A stretch of DNA of 64,000 bases from a virus (Duplodnaviria > Caudoviricetes): IMG/VR virus record IMGVR_UViG_3300023108_000002; one strand, 5' to 3'. The notes under the pieces were generated by a model. It saw only the letters and a program-made list of their open reading frames with translations. It searched no databases and was not told where the DNA came from. A program made the translations under genes and the position numbers. Positions 43,324-53,958 of this stretch are shown piece by piece (the stretch's first letter is position 1; each line of letters starts with the position of its first letter).

Positions 43324-45231
43324 TTATACTGTTGTTTCGCCTGCTGTCGAAGATGCCTGATCTACATTGGTTGATGGGAAAGATCTTCCATCTCCCCAAA
43401 TGATCCGAACAACGCCTTGACCGGCAGTTTCCCCATTGTAGTTGCTATTAAAATTAAAGGATCCAGGCCCACCGGCGCCGTAATTTTTGTCGTTATTAGA
43501 ATCTAATGGATCAATGCTCGTTCCACCAGAACCTGATCTTCCAGATGATGCGTTACCATTTCGGCCCTGACCATATACACCAACACCACCACCAGCAGTT
43601 CCATGAGCACTACCAAAAGCTTGCATTGTTTTTCCTCCCGCTCCAGAACCACCAGTACCATTTTGTCCTGAATTGGTGTCGGGAGATGCATCGCCGCCAT
43701 TGCCAGAATATCCTCCAGCACCACCGCCCCCTCCGGCGGCCATTGATTGAGTACCTCTATCACCTTTTCCTCTACCACCTCCATGGCCACCAGTGGTCGC
43801 ACTGCCCAATACAGTCGAGTTACCAAACACATTGGTTCCACCAGAAGCTTCGGGCGCGGGCCCGCCTGCAACACGATTGCCACCCGAACCACCGCCCGCT
43901 TGAAAGATGATGACTCCATCTTTACTTACAAAACTCGCCTCGCCGCTATTTCCGCTGTTATGGGTGCTTGCCCCGCCGGTTACGGGAGCGCCCCCTGCCC
44001 CCACTTTTACTGTATATTGTTCTCCAGCTGTGACTGAAAAATTATTAACATATGCAAGCGCTGCTCCACCACCACCAGTACCACTATTTTCTGGTTGATG
44101 TCCGACTACCGCACCACTTCCGCCTCCACCAACACCAACCATAGATATACTAGTTACACCATCTGGCACAGTCCAAGTATGAGTTCCCACAGATGTAAAG
44201 AGAACGCCAGCTGGCGGCGGCGCAAATGCCAGTGAAAAATCACTACTCGCAATAGATTGATTAACGCCATCAGATGCTGAGAATGTTAGAGTAAATGTTC
44301 CAGCATCAGCTTCTGTTGCACTTGGTGTGATGGTAAATACATTATCTGCTTGGGCCACTGTTGCGGTGGAACCTAATGCTCCAGTTGTTACCTGATAACT
44401 CCATGTTAAAGGAAGTCCTTCTGGATCGGTTGCATTCAAAGTTACAACAGTAGGAGTTCCATCAATTGCAAGATCATATGTTGCATTTGCTCCAGAGATC
44501 GCAGATGGAGTTTGATTGACAAGCGCAATATTATACCAACCAGTTCCTGTCCATAAGAACAATTTATTATTTTCAGACACAAAGGCTTGAGTTCCAGCAT
44601 CTACTCCAGTGAGTGGTAGTTCAGACATCAAAGAATATGCACCAACTGTTGCTCCAGTAGATGCAGTTGAAACTGCTCCAGTATCATTTCCAGAATTATC
44701 TATTGTTCTAAAATCTAACTTACCCTGTGCATTTCTTTTTAACCGAATCTTTCCAGAACCATCGTCCAGATCAATCTCTTTAGCTTTCATTTTTCTTGGA
44801 TTATCTGATGAGTCTAAGAATTTAAGTTCTGTTCCATCATCTTGTATCTTAGTGTCTCCCAAGAACATTGTATTTCCGCTGATATACAAGTCTTTGAATC
44901 TATTAGATGCGCTACCTAAATCATATGCTTCATTAGTATCTGGAATTAAATCTCCAGTTACTGATGTAAAATTGGTAACAGTGATTGCAGCAGGGTTTAG
45001 AAATTGTTTTATGACTGTTGCGAGTTTAGAAACTTCATCACTTGTTGCAGTTGATGCCAGAGCATTTACTCTAGTGTTGATTGCTTGTTCCAGAGAAGAA
45101 TCTTCTCCTAGATTCATACCTTTCGCAGACCTTGCAATACTTACCAGTTCATCTACAGTAGCAGTAGGAATTGCGTTCAAGAGTTCTGTTTTGAGAGCTG
45201 CTATTGAGGTGTCTAAATTGCTGTCCGCCAT
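43324..45231 (-). CDS. fibre/adhesin with C-terminal glycine-rich domain
   Basis: N-terminal about 330 aa paralogous to 41062..43314; HTWTVPDGVTSISMVGVGGGGSG glycine-rich domain. Confidence 0.8.
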   Translation of the reverse strand: MADSNLDTSIAALKTELLNAIPTATVDELVSIARSAKGMNLGEDSSLEQAINTRVNALASTATSDEVSKLATVIKQFLNPAAITVTNFTSVTGDLIPDTNEAYDLGSASNRFKDLYISGNTMFLGDTKIQDDGTELKFLDSSDNPRKMKAKEIDLDDGSGKIRLKRNAQGKLDFRTIDNSGNDTGAVSTASTGATVGAYSLMSELPLTGVDAGTQAFVSENNKLFLWTGTGWYNIALVNQTPSAISGANATYDLAIDGTPTVVTLNATDPEGLPLTWSYQVTTGALGSTATVAQADNVFTITPSATEADAGTFTLTFSASDGVNQSIASSDFSLAFAPPPAGVLFTSVGTHTWTVPDGVTSISMVGVGGGGSGAVVGHQPENSGTGGGGAALAYVNNFSVTAGEQYTVKVGAGGAPVTGGASTHNSGNSGEASFVSKDGVIIFQAGGGSGGNRVAGGPAPEASGGTNVFGNSTVLGSATTGGHGGGRGKGDRGTQSMAAGGGGGAGGYSGNGGDASPDTNSGQNGTGGSGAGGKTMQAFGSAHGTAGGGVGVYGQGRNGNASSGRSGSGGTSIDPLDSNNDKNYGAGGPGSFNFNSNYNGETAGQGVVRIIWGDGRSFPSTNVDQASSTAGETTV

Positions 45232-45250
45232 TGTAAATCCTTTTTAGTAT

Positions 45251-45258
45251 TATTTATA
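45251..45258 (-). promoter_or_regulatory. T4-type late promoter
   Basis: TATTTATA on + equals TATAAATA on -, 20 nt upstream of the start at 45231. Confidence 0.75.
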
Positions 45259-45285
45259 ATTAATTTTTATCTTTTGTTTATCCAA

Positions 45286-46782
45286 TTAAACTGTATATTT
45301 GTCTATTTGACTGTTTTGACGGTCAAAAACGAACATTGAAGTGCCATCGTTTAAGAAACAGGCACCTAATGGATTGACGTTTGCGGAAGCGGCACCACTA
45401 CTTGAAAATTGTTTTGAGCCACCTGTCACAGTAGATAAATTGTTTAAATCTAAAGGATTTGCTGGATCAAATTGTTTTTGGGTATATGTTCTTGAAAAAT
45501 TGCCCGCTGAATAGATTAGGTATTTATCGTCAGGACTAAGTTGGACATCGTTGCATGGCGTACTTCCTGCAACCTGAACTTCTTGTGCTGGTGAAGTTCC
45601 TATAGTATTGATATCAAAGGGAGTAGAGAGATCCCAACGAGCAATGTAGTTGTAGTTGACAGCACAGAGAAATAATTTTGTTCCATCACTAGACAAAGCT
45701 ATTCCAGTAATATCAAAGCCAGGTTGGTTTGAAGGCCTATTCCTAGTAACCGTACCAGTACAACTACTAGAGCCTACTGTTCCACTTAATCCGTTACCAT
45801 TAGTATTTACTGTCGTATTTAAATTATAATTCCATTGATAAAATTTTAAATTGCCGCCCCCAGAATTATGCTCCGCAGCAAATATTCTAGTACCGTCTTG
45901 GCTTGCAGTAATCGCCCAATAACCTCCAAGTGTACTATTACCAGTACTACCTATATTGCGTTGTGTTGTAGTAGGACTTTTATGAGTGGTGTGTTCTAAT
46001 ACTACAGGATTGTAGGCGGCACTTACAAAAGAAAAATCTCCTTCGGGAGTACAATAATAATCATTGGCTTGACTTGGAACAGTTACAGACCCACTAGTAA
46101 CACTACCACTAAGTGTATTTAAAATAGGATATTGTACCCCAAAAGTCAAAGAAAATTCACTACTTGCATTTACTGCTCCATTGATACCGTCAGTAGCACT
46201 AAATGTCAACTCAAATGTTCCAGCATCTGACTCTGTAGTGCTGGGTGTAATCGTGAAAACATTATCTACTTGTGATACGGTTGCTATTGTTCCTAAAGAA
46301 CCAGATGTGACTGCATAACTCCATGTCAGAGGGAATCCTTCTGGGTCTGTAGACACCGCTGTGATTACAGTTGCCGTACCATCAGTTGCTAATTCATAGG
46401 TTCCATCTACTCCAGTAATCGCACTAGGAGAATCATTTTGTACTGTAGCAATCTTATACCAACCAGAACCATTATAAACGTATATATTATTTGTTGCGGT
46501 AACTAATCCAAAATCTCCATTAGACATACCAGTAGCGGCTATTAATGCTGCCATATCTGCGTAAATCGCCGCGCCGGCATTGCCCAATACTCCTCCAGTA
46601 TCAGTTAAATCAGACACATCTGCTGGAATGAGACTTGTTGTATCTGTCAAATCTGATAGATCGGATATTGCACCAGAAGTTACTATTTTCCAAACTCCTG
46701 ATGCTGAATTATATCTATATGTTCTTCCATTAGTGACAAATGTTTGGTTGTCACTTGGACTATTTGGAAAGTTTATCGCCAT
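45286..46782 (-). CDS. fibre/adhesin with beta-propeller-like C-terminus
   Basis: MAINFPNSP module, SDLTDT repeats, Ig-like module; S.DGT.LF repeats. Confidence 0.75.
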   Translation of the reverse strand: MAINFPNSPSDNQTFVTNGRTYRYNSASGVWKIVTSGAISDLSDLTDTTSLIPADVSDLTDTGGVLGNAGAAIYADMAALIAATGMSNGDFGLVTATNNIYVYNGSGWYKIATVQNDSPSAITGVDGTYELATDGTATVITAVSTDPEGFPLTWSYAVTSGSLGTIATVSQVDNVFTITPSTTESDAGTFELTFSATDGINGAVNASSEFSLTFGVQYPILNTLSGSVTSGSVTVPSQANDYYCTPEGDFSFVSAAYNPVVLEHTTHKSPTTTQRNIGSTGNSTLGGYWAITASQDGTRIFAAEHNSGGGNLKFYQWNYNLNTTVNTNGNGLSGTVGSSSCTGTVTRNRPSNQPGFDITGIALSSDGTKLFLCAVNYNYIARWDLSTPFDINTIGTSPAQEVQVAGSTPCNDVQLSPDDKYLIYSAGNFSRTYTQKQFDPANPLDLNNLSTVTGGSKQFSSSGAASANVNPLGACFLNDGTSMFVFDRQNSQIDKYTV

Positions 46783-46812
46783 TTGTCTGTCCTTTAAGTT
46801 ATCTCTTATGGT

Positions 46813-48285
46813 TTAAGGTTGTTGTCTCCAATATAATCTTACAGAGTTATCTTGCTGATCTCTAAGTCCGTAAACCCAATTTCCATCCCAAGAAATATGT
46901 GCCTTTTGAATATTCGCACCTACTCCAAAGCTTCCTCCAGTTGTGTAGGAACCTGCTGTTGATAAATCCCAAGCGGTAGTTAATGGAATAGTAGAAGCTG
47001 TTCCGCCATATGCAGAGACTACATATAAAACTGTTCCAAGAGGATTAAATTGTATTGAAGTAATAGTTCTCACTGAATTATTAGCATATGTACTCCAGAA
47101 ATTAAATGTGTTTGCCAATGTACGAGATGATGTGTCAAAGGCCGCGCCTAAGTTATATGTTTTAACTTGATTGTCACTAGTTTGGTTGCCAGAAAGAACA
47201 AATAATTTCATTCCATCTGTAGAGAATTTTAAATCATATATAATAGCCGACTCAGTAAATACACTTACTGTGCTTGCTTGGGTATTACTGTTGAATGCAG
47301 TATTTAAATTTGCATATTTTACTGTTTGCTGATCACCATAGTATAATTTTGTTCCATCTTCAATATAATCTAAAGCATAAAGCGCTTTTATATTAATATC
47401 TCCTGTTTGAGCAAATGCAAGAGTGCTTGGATCATATGGAGTAGACATAGTAAAATCAACGGGCTTCCCGCCGCCAATTTGATCACTAATTGTCATTTTT
47501 GTACCATCTCTGCTTACAGATATTGCACCAGACCTATACCACGTACTCCCTACTCCATTTGCAAACCCGCCATAAGTGCTCAATAAAACATTGGAAGTAG
47601 ATCCCCAAGTACTGGTCATAGTTGAAAATGTAGTTGTCCAATTAGGTGTAAAGATTAGAGTTAAACTTGTATTCGCACTAACCGCACCATTAACACCATC
47701 AGTGGCACTAATTGTAAGAGTGAATGTCCCATCATTGGCACTATCAGTACTAGGTGTAATAGTAAATACATTATCCACTTGACTCACTGTAGCAATATTT
47801 CCCAAACCAGAAGTAGAATAAGTCCATGTAAGAGGAAATCCATCTGGGTCTGTAGAAACTGCTGTAATAACTGTTGGAGTTCCATCAGTTGCTAGTTCAT
47901 AGGTTCCATCTACTCCAGTGATTGCTGATGGAGAATCATTCTGCACAGTTGCTATTTTATACCAACCAGAACCATTATAAACGTATATATTATTGTTTGC
48001 AGTGACTAATCCAAAATCTCCATTAGACATACCAGTTGCAGCTATTAGTGCTGCCATATCCGCATATACAGTAGCACCACCACTATCTAATAAACCAGTG
48101 TTGTCTGCCAAATCAGAAACATCTGCTGGAATGAGACTTGTTGTATCAGTTAGTTCAGAAATATCTGAACCTACACCAGCAGCTAATATTTTCCAGGCTC
48201 CTGTTGCTGAATTATATCTATATGTTCTTCCATTTGTAGTAAATGTTTGATTATCACTAGGACTATCTGGAAAGTTTACTGCCAC
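46813..48285 (-). CDS. fibre/adhesin with beta-propeller-like C-terminus
   Basis: N-terminal about 210 aa nearly identical to 45286..46782; different head with DGTK/TAWDLSTA repeats. Confidence 0.75.
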   Translation of the reverse strand: MAVNFPDSPSDNQTFTTNGRTYRYNSATGAWKILAAGVGSDISELTDTTSLIPADVSDLADNTGLLDSGGATVYADMAALIAATGMSNGDFGLVTANNNIYVYNGSGWYKIATVQNDSPSAITGVDGTYELATDGTPTVITAVSTDPDGFPLTWTYSTSGLGNIATVSQVDNVFTITPSTDSANDGTFTLTISATDGVNGAVSANTSLTLIFTPNWTTTFSTMTSTWGSTSNVLLSTYGGFANGVGSTWYRSGAISVSRDGTKMTISDQIGGGKPVDFTMSTPYDPSTLAFAQTGDINIKALYALDYIEDGTKLYYGDQQTVKYANLNTAFNSNTQASTVSVFTESAIIYDLKFSTDGMKLFVLSGNQTSDNQVKTYNLGAAFDTSSRTLANTFNFWSTYANNSVRTITSIQFNPLGTVLYVVSAYGGTASTIPLTTAWDLSTAGSYTTGGSFGVGANIQKAHISWDGNWVYGLRDQQDNSVRLYWRQQP

Positions 48286-48286
48286 T

Positions 48287-51200
48287 TTAGATTACCCTTA
48301 TCTTTAAGTTTTGTGCTGCAAGAGATTTGATTTTTACTTTATTTAGAGCCGGAAACTCTGCTTCATAATCAGTTCCATTGATTGCCTGTCTCACTAATGC
48401 TTCTGCCTGATATCCAATAGTAACACCATCCGATAGTGGAGATGCTCCAGATGTTGCATATGGTGCAATCATCAAGTCTAGTGTATCTCCAAGAACATAG
48501 TGGTTTGGATCTGTGACTGCTTGGAGTTGTGCTTTGTCCATTCTGTTAAATGACTGAGCCCCTAGTGCTTCTTGTAGTGTTGCATGTTCGTTGTTATTTG
48601 TGCCGTTAACCCAAGTTTCAGATGTGGAATAACCAACAGTAGTTGAGCCTGTAGAATATTGATAAATTGTGTCGTTGCCGTCATTACCCACAATATACAT
48701 TTTCTGACCGCTATTACCAAAACATAACCCCTGTGAATTGTTATCTTGTTCAAAAGTATCATATGATACTAATGGCGAAGATATAGAAGCTGTACTTATG
48801 TCAAAAGCAACACTTAAATTATGTAACTCAACTTTATCATTGCCAGATATGTTAAGTATGAATAATTTTGTACCGTCACCATTAAAGGCAAAGCTTTCGC
48901 TGTATGCTGTATAAGTATATGCATCAACATAAGTTAAATTAGTTATATCCCATGCTGTAGAGAGAGTATATTCATGAATTTTATATGCATTTCTATCCAT
49001 GGCAAACAACTTAGTGCCGTTATTATTAAAGTTAAAATCAAAGAGTCCCGTTTGAGCATTACTGCTGACAGTGGTTAAGGCAGTACTCGTTGTTCCTGAG
49101 CCTGCTGTTGAAAGATCATAAGCAGTACTAAGATCAAAACTTTCAACTTTATATGTATTAGCGTCACAAGTAAACACTTTGTGACCTGTAGAGGAAAATC
49201 TACATCCTACAAGAGTTGTTCCATGAGGATCAATTTTATTTACATAAGTGGCTGTACTTACATCAAAAGCAGTTGAAAGTGTAAAATAGTGGAGATCATC
49301 AACAAATGAACCAGCCACAATCAAGTGCAACCCATCACTACTAATATCTACGGCCCGCGCCGTAGATTCGTATGCATTAACATCTAAACTTTTACTATCG
49401 TAAGATGCATTTGCAATATCAAATCCTACTGTAACAGTTGTTCCAGCATCATTATTATACTGCCAAGTTCCAGAGTTATTCTTAACAATCTTTCTTACGC
49501 CGTCACCATCTTTGATAACACTCCAAGATGTTCTGTCATCTGTAGAAACTGCATAGAATACATCACCATCATTCTTGGTTTCATCTGCAACCATAGAATC
49601 GAGATCGACCCACGATGATGAATTGATTTGACCAGTAGAACCAGTTAGGACTGGAGAATATTGAGAGTATGGATGTGCTGATGAAGTTCCGCCCGTAATT
49701 TCAAAAATTTTCTTTGTTGACATATCACATAACCACAACCTTTTTTTATCATAAGACATTAATGTTCTAGCAGCGTAAGCACTGACACCAGCATCGCCCG
49801 TAAGAGTTCTGAAATCAATGTTACCAATATTATTCAAGGAGCTGCTTCCTACACTAAAATAACTTGGCAATGTCAAACTATAGCCTAAACCAGCCGTGCC
49901 GCCTGAATATCCCCGTAGCACTGAAAGTCCATCCTCAGATACTACGAAAGAATAAGGTATAGTTCCAGTTGTTACGTCTGCATACGATACATATGTCATT
50001 GTTGACATGTCATAAGCCGTGCTAAGTGTATATTCTGCAAGTCCGTCATAAGCACTATTGTCATAATATCCGACTAGAAGTTTTGTCCCATCAGAATTAA
50101 ATTCGAAAGCATATGGTTGCAAGGTTGTTGTGCTTGGTGCTCCACCACCACCACTTGTACTGTTCCAAGATCCTCCACTATTGAAATAATAGTAACCAAC
50201 GTAACTAGCTGTACTAGGATCCCAAGCAGTACTCATAGTAAAATATTTTATACGATTTGCGCCAGTGTCACTAATCCAAATTTTTGTACCGTCTGGATGA
50301 ACCCACAGCCATTTCACACCTGAAGTCATTTCATTAGTATTTACTTTTGTAGCATCTTCAGTTAATGTACTAAGATCAAATGGTATCGACAAATCATATC
50401 TAGTGAATTTATATCCAGTACTTAATCCCGCCACCATAACTATTGCGATAGTACCCTCGCTATTAAATCCCACATGTACTATATTAGTTATTGCACTTGA
50501 AACATTATTATTATAATTCATTGTTGCTCCTACACCATTACCACTCGTAGGAAATATGACAGGAGTAGAAGTAGAATAGCCACTCAATTCAATACCAGAC
50601 CCATCAGCCTTACCTTCAGCACCAAATAGCTGCCAAGAAGAAATTGTAGAAGTATCTGCAAAAGCAGTAACTGACTTATATGCACCAGCAGTAGATGTAA
50701 TAATAGCGGATCCAGAGTTACCTATAACTTTTTTACCTACGTCAGATGAAGAGAAAGCAGATGGTATAGATGTTTGAGCAATACGAATAGGCGCGGCCGC
50801 CCCCGTTCCACCAATCATGTAAGTATTTCCCGAATTATCTCTGGAAAATCTTGGATAGTATCCCCATCCATGCACGCCCGTTTCTTCTACATATACAGCA
50901 GTCGTAATATCAAATGCTGTTGATAAATTAAATTTATATGCAAACTGTTGTGGATATGAATTGCCTCTTGCACTTACCAACAATAAAGTTCCGTCATTAC
51001 TAAACATTGCATTATATAAATTGCCCCAATCTATAGTTACCCCAGCAGCAGTCAATATGGTAGATAAATCTACTTCTTGCTTCGATCCAGCAGTAGTAAT
51101 ATCCCATGCAGTTGACATTGTGTATCTTGCTACATAGTTCCCATTGCAATATAAAATATAATCACCATTATTGGAAGGATTTGGAGGGCCTGCTTGCCAA

Positions 51201-52144
51201 TTTGTTGTAGATGGAATACCGTTTCCGCTCGGTATAAATGTTTTGTTTTGATAGGAAATTGTACTAGCATCCCAAGGAGTACTTAATTGGTATTGATGCG
51301 TTGTCTCTTTTCTATGAATATACATATAAGTACCACTTTCATCAATTCCAAAATTACTTGTTCTATGGTCACTTGTAGTGCCTCCTTGAGTCACATCAAA
51401 ATAAGCAGATTGATTTGAATAATCTGCCACTGTAGTACTATAAGCAACGGCAACATTAAATCCATGAATTCTTTGTTTATGTATTTGAGAGGTATGAACC
51501 TGCAATGTCAGAGCTTTGGTTCCGTCAGGACTCATAGCAAAAGTGTATAATTCTGGTGAACTCCCATCAGTGAGATTATTATTAATAAGTAAATTGCTTA
51601 AAGTAACCTCATATCCGGCCTCATTTCCATAATCTGGAATGGTCGCCGCTATTTGGTGTGTTGAAATTATAGGATCGCTACTTGTAAAAGTACCATCGCC
51701 AGTTGCGCTTGGAGTTAAACTAATCGATGAATAAGAAATAGGCTTTTCATCAAAGAAGTCATAATTGGTTGCGTTTGCGTTAACATCCCAATTTCCTTTG
51801 GATGTCAGTCCTCCTTGTGGGACTTCTTTGAACACACTTACATTTGGAACTGGAGAGATGTTTTCTGAGAGTGTTATTTCAGTTTCTTCGTTTTGTGTAA
51901 ATGTTTTTGTGAGTGTGCCCAAAGCACCAGCAGTAGATGAAGTTGGCGCTCCAGCAAGACTTGAATATTGGCCATCAAAGAGCAGATTGGTTGTATCTGT
52001 TAAATCTGATATATCTGCTGGAATAGGACTTGTTGCCTCTGGTCTTCTATTCCACACTCCAGTGGTTGAATTGTATTCATACGACTTTCCACCAGATGTA
52101 AAAATCTGTCCATTTGTCGGTGAATTTGGAAAATTGATTGCCAT
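48287..52144 (-). CDS. large fibre/adhesin with multiple STAWD-type beta-propeller domains
   Basis: 1285 aa; MAINFPNSP module; many F..DGTK...Y.LSTAWD..TA repeats. Confidence 0.78.
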   Translation of the reverse strand: MAINFPNSPTNGQIFTSGGKSYEYNSTTGVWNRRPEATSPIPADISDLTDTTNLLFDGQYSSLAGAPTSSTAGALGTLTKTFTQNEETEITLSENISPVPNVSVFKEVPQGGLTSKGNWDVNANATNYDFFDEKPISYSSISLTPSATGDGTFTSSDPIISTHQIAATIPDYGNEAGYEVTLSNLLINNNLTDGSSPELYTFAMSPDGTKALTLQVHTSQIHKQRIHGFNVAVAYSTTVADYSNQSAYFDVTQGGTTSDHRTSNFGIDESGTYMYIHRKETTHQYQLSTPWDASTISYQNKTFIPSGNGIPSTTNWQAGPPNPSNNGDYILYCNGNYVARYTMSTAWDITTAGSKQEVDLSTILTAAGVTIDWGNLYNAMFSNDGTLLLVSARGNSYPQQFAYKFNLSTAFDITTAVYVEETGVHGWGYYPRFSRDNSGNTYMIGGTGAAAPIRIAQTSIPSAFSSSDVGKKVIGNSGSAIITSTAGAYKSVTAFADTSTISSWQLFGAEGKADGSGIELSGYSTSTPVIFPTSGNGVGATMNYNNNVSSAITNIVHVGFNSEGTIAIVMVAGLSTGYKFTRYDLSIPFDLSTLTEDATKVNTNEMTSGVKWLWVHPDGTKIWISDTGANRIKYFTMSTAWDPSTASYVGYYYFNSGGSWNSTSGGGGAPSTTTLQPYAFEFNSDGTKLLVGYYDNSAYDGLAEYTLSTAYDMSTMTYVSYADVTTGTIPYSFVVSEDGLSVLRGYSGGTAGLGYSLTLPSYFSVGSSSLNNIGNIDFRTLTGDAGVSAYAARTLMSYDKKRLWLCDMSTKKIFEITGGTSSAHPYSQYSPVLTGSTGQINSSSWVDLDSMVADETKNDGDVFYAVSTDDRTSWSVIKDGDGVRKIVKNNSGTWQYNNDAGTTVTVGFDIANASYDSKSLDVNAYESTARAVDISSDGLHLIVAGSFVDDLHYFTLSTAFDVSTATYVNKIDPHGTTLVGCRFSSTGHKVFTCDANTYKVESFDLSTAYDLSTAGSGTTSTALTTVSSNAQTGLFDFNFNNNGTKLFAMDRNAYKIHEYTLSTAWDITNLTYVDAYTYTAYSESFAFNGDGTKLFILNISGNDKVELHNLSVAFDISTASISSPLVSYDTFEQDNNSQGLCFGNSGQKMYIVGNDGNDTIYQYSTGSTTVGYSTSETWVNGTNNNEHATLQEALGAQSFNRMDKAQLQAVTDPNHYVLGDTLDLMIAPYATSGASPLSDGVTIGYQAEALVRQAINGTDYEAEFPALNKVKIKSLAAQNLKIRVI

Positions 52145-52155
52145 TTGTTTGTTCC

Positions 52156-53928
52156 TTATACTGGTGCAGTGATAGAGACTGTTGGAGTGCTATTAATACC
52201 TTTCATGTGTCCATATGTAGAACCATTGTCTGTATATGTATAATCAGTACCAAAAGACACACTCGTTTGATTCGTTCCATTAGCATTTACAGAACTATTA
52301 TAACCACCGGCAAAAGCGCAGTCCGTAATTCTTACTCTATTAAAGTCACCACTATAGTTAGTCAGCCATGAAGAATAATTTACAAACGAACAGTTTATAA
52401 ATGAACCATATCTTGTTGATCCACTACCATAAACCCACGAAACAGGGTTTCCATTTAAATCAACGATACAGTTTTGTACATATCCACCACCATCATCTCT
52501 TCTTAAAGCGCTTCTGTAACTATCGGCGGCCGGATTAGGGACCCCCAATCTAACTACTCTCATGTTGGCAAAATGGTGGTCATGATCTGTCGGAACTGTA
52601 CCATTAGAGAAAATTGGTTTTTCTCTCGCGCCAGCATCTTTCAAATTTAAAACAACATCAGCAGGGTCTTTTGTTTTTCCTACAATCGCAATAGCTTTTC
52701 CCCTCCAGTTACTACTGTTATAACCATCCCAATTAGTAGGATCCAATTCATATACGCCGGGGTCTAATAATAATGCATCTCCATCACTGGCAGCATCTAT
52801 GATAGAGTTTAAACTATCAGTCCCAGATCCCGAATAACTTACAGTTGTTAAATTCCCACTTGTAAGTGCTAAATATTGAGATGCATATCCATTATAGAAT
52901 GAAAGAGAAAATGTAGAAGTTCTTGAAGATACATGAGTTCCATCAGATGCTCTAAATCTTAAAGAAAAACTTCCTTCGTCACTAGAATTAGTTGATGGTG
53001 TAATGGTAAATGTACCACCACTATTTGTTATGGTTGCTTGGGTTTGGTTTGATGGATTTGTAACATGGTCATAAACTATTGGAAATCCTTCAGGATCAGA
53101 TGCTGCGATTGCAACAGTAGTTGCTGTTCCAGTAGTAGCTAATTCATATTCACTCGCTGGTTCTGTACTAAAAATAGGACTTTCGTTTGTACCACTAGAA
53201 ATCCTATCCCACTCAGTTCCATCCCAAATATACAATGCTTTAGTATCTTGTGCAAATGCAAAATCACCTTCAGTATTTCCAGTAGATGGAAATGCTGCTA
53301 AATTTGCATAAGCGGTAACGCCGCCACCCAATAAACCAGTGGTGTCAGTCAAATCAGAAACATCCGTAGGAACGGCTGTTGCCTCTGAATTCATCTGCAC
53401 CCATTGATTAGATGAACCATCTGAATAGTAAACAAAGAGATTGAGATTTGCAGTATCAAACCAAAGTTGTCCTGTGGATGGACTTGTTGGTGCGGTATCA
53501 GATGCCGTCACTTGGACAGTTGTGGCTTGTCCGGCAAGGTCTAACCATTGCTGACTGTCTCCATCATCATAGTATGTATACCATGTGAGAGTGGAACTAT
53601 CGAACCAAAAGTCTCCGTTTGCTGGAGAAGAAGGTGCGGTGTCAGAAACCGTTGCTCCCATTTGAGCATCATTTGAAGATAGCTCAATCCACTGTTGACT
53701 GTCTCCATCGTCATAATATGCATATAAATTTAGAGATGTGCTATTAAACCACATATCTCCATCAGAAGGACTTGAAGGGGCAGTATCAGAGATTGAGAGA
53801 GAACCCCCACCACTACTAGCAGATGATTGAACATTCCAAGTTCCAGTTGCTGAACTCCACACTAATGTTTTGTTTGCAAGAACTACGGTTTGTCCATTTG
53901 TTGGTGAATTTGGAAAATTAATTGCCAT
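52156..53928 (-). CDS. fibre/adhesin with three SDTAP-GDxWF modules and a probable beta-helix C-terminus
   Basis: Three copies of SDTAP.SP..G..WF...YY.DG.S.QW; C-terminal DGDALLLDPGVY...NCIVD...NCSFVN..DCAF. Confidence 0.75.
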   Translation of the reverse strand: MAINFPNSPTNGQTVVLANKTLVWSSATGTWNVQSSASSGGGSLSISDTAPSSPSDGDMWFNSTSLNLYAYYDDGDSQQWIELSSNDAQMGATVSDTAPSSPANGDFWFDSSTLTWYTYYDDGDSQQWLDLAGQATTVQVTASDTAPTSPSTGQLWFDTANLNLFVYYSDGSSNQWVQMNSEATAVPTDVSDLTDTTGLLGGGVTAYANLAAFPSTGNTEGDFAFAQDTKALYIWDGTEWDRISSGTNESPIFSTEPASEYELATTGTATTVAIAASDPEGFPIVYDHVTNPSNQTQATITNSGGTFTITPSTNSSDEGSFSLRFRASDGTHVSSRTSTFSLSFYNGYASQYLALTSGNLTTVSYSGSGTDSLNSIIDAASDGDALLLDPGVYELDPTNWDGYNSSNWRGKAIAIVGKTKDPADVVLNLKDAGAREKPIFSNGTVPTDHDHHFANMRVVRLGVPNPAADSYRSALRRDDGGGYVQNCIVDLNGNPVSWVYGSGSTRYGSFINCSFVNYSSWLTNYSGDFNRVRITDCAFAGGYNSSVNANGTNQTSVSFGTDYTYTDNGSTYGHMKGINSTPTVSITAPV

Positions 53929-53958
53929 TTATTTTACCCTTATTTTATTTCATGTGCC

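Noticed and set aside
43503-44098. Several alternative-frame ORFs in a GC-rich patch
   Set aside because: Same Gly-rich shadow effect within 43324..45231; no SD and no recognisable motifs
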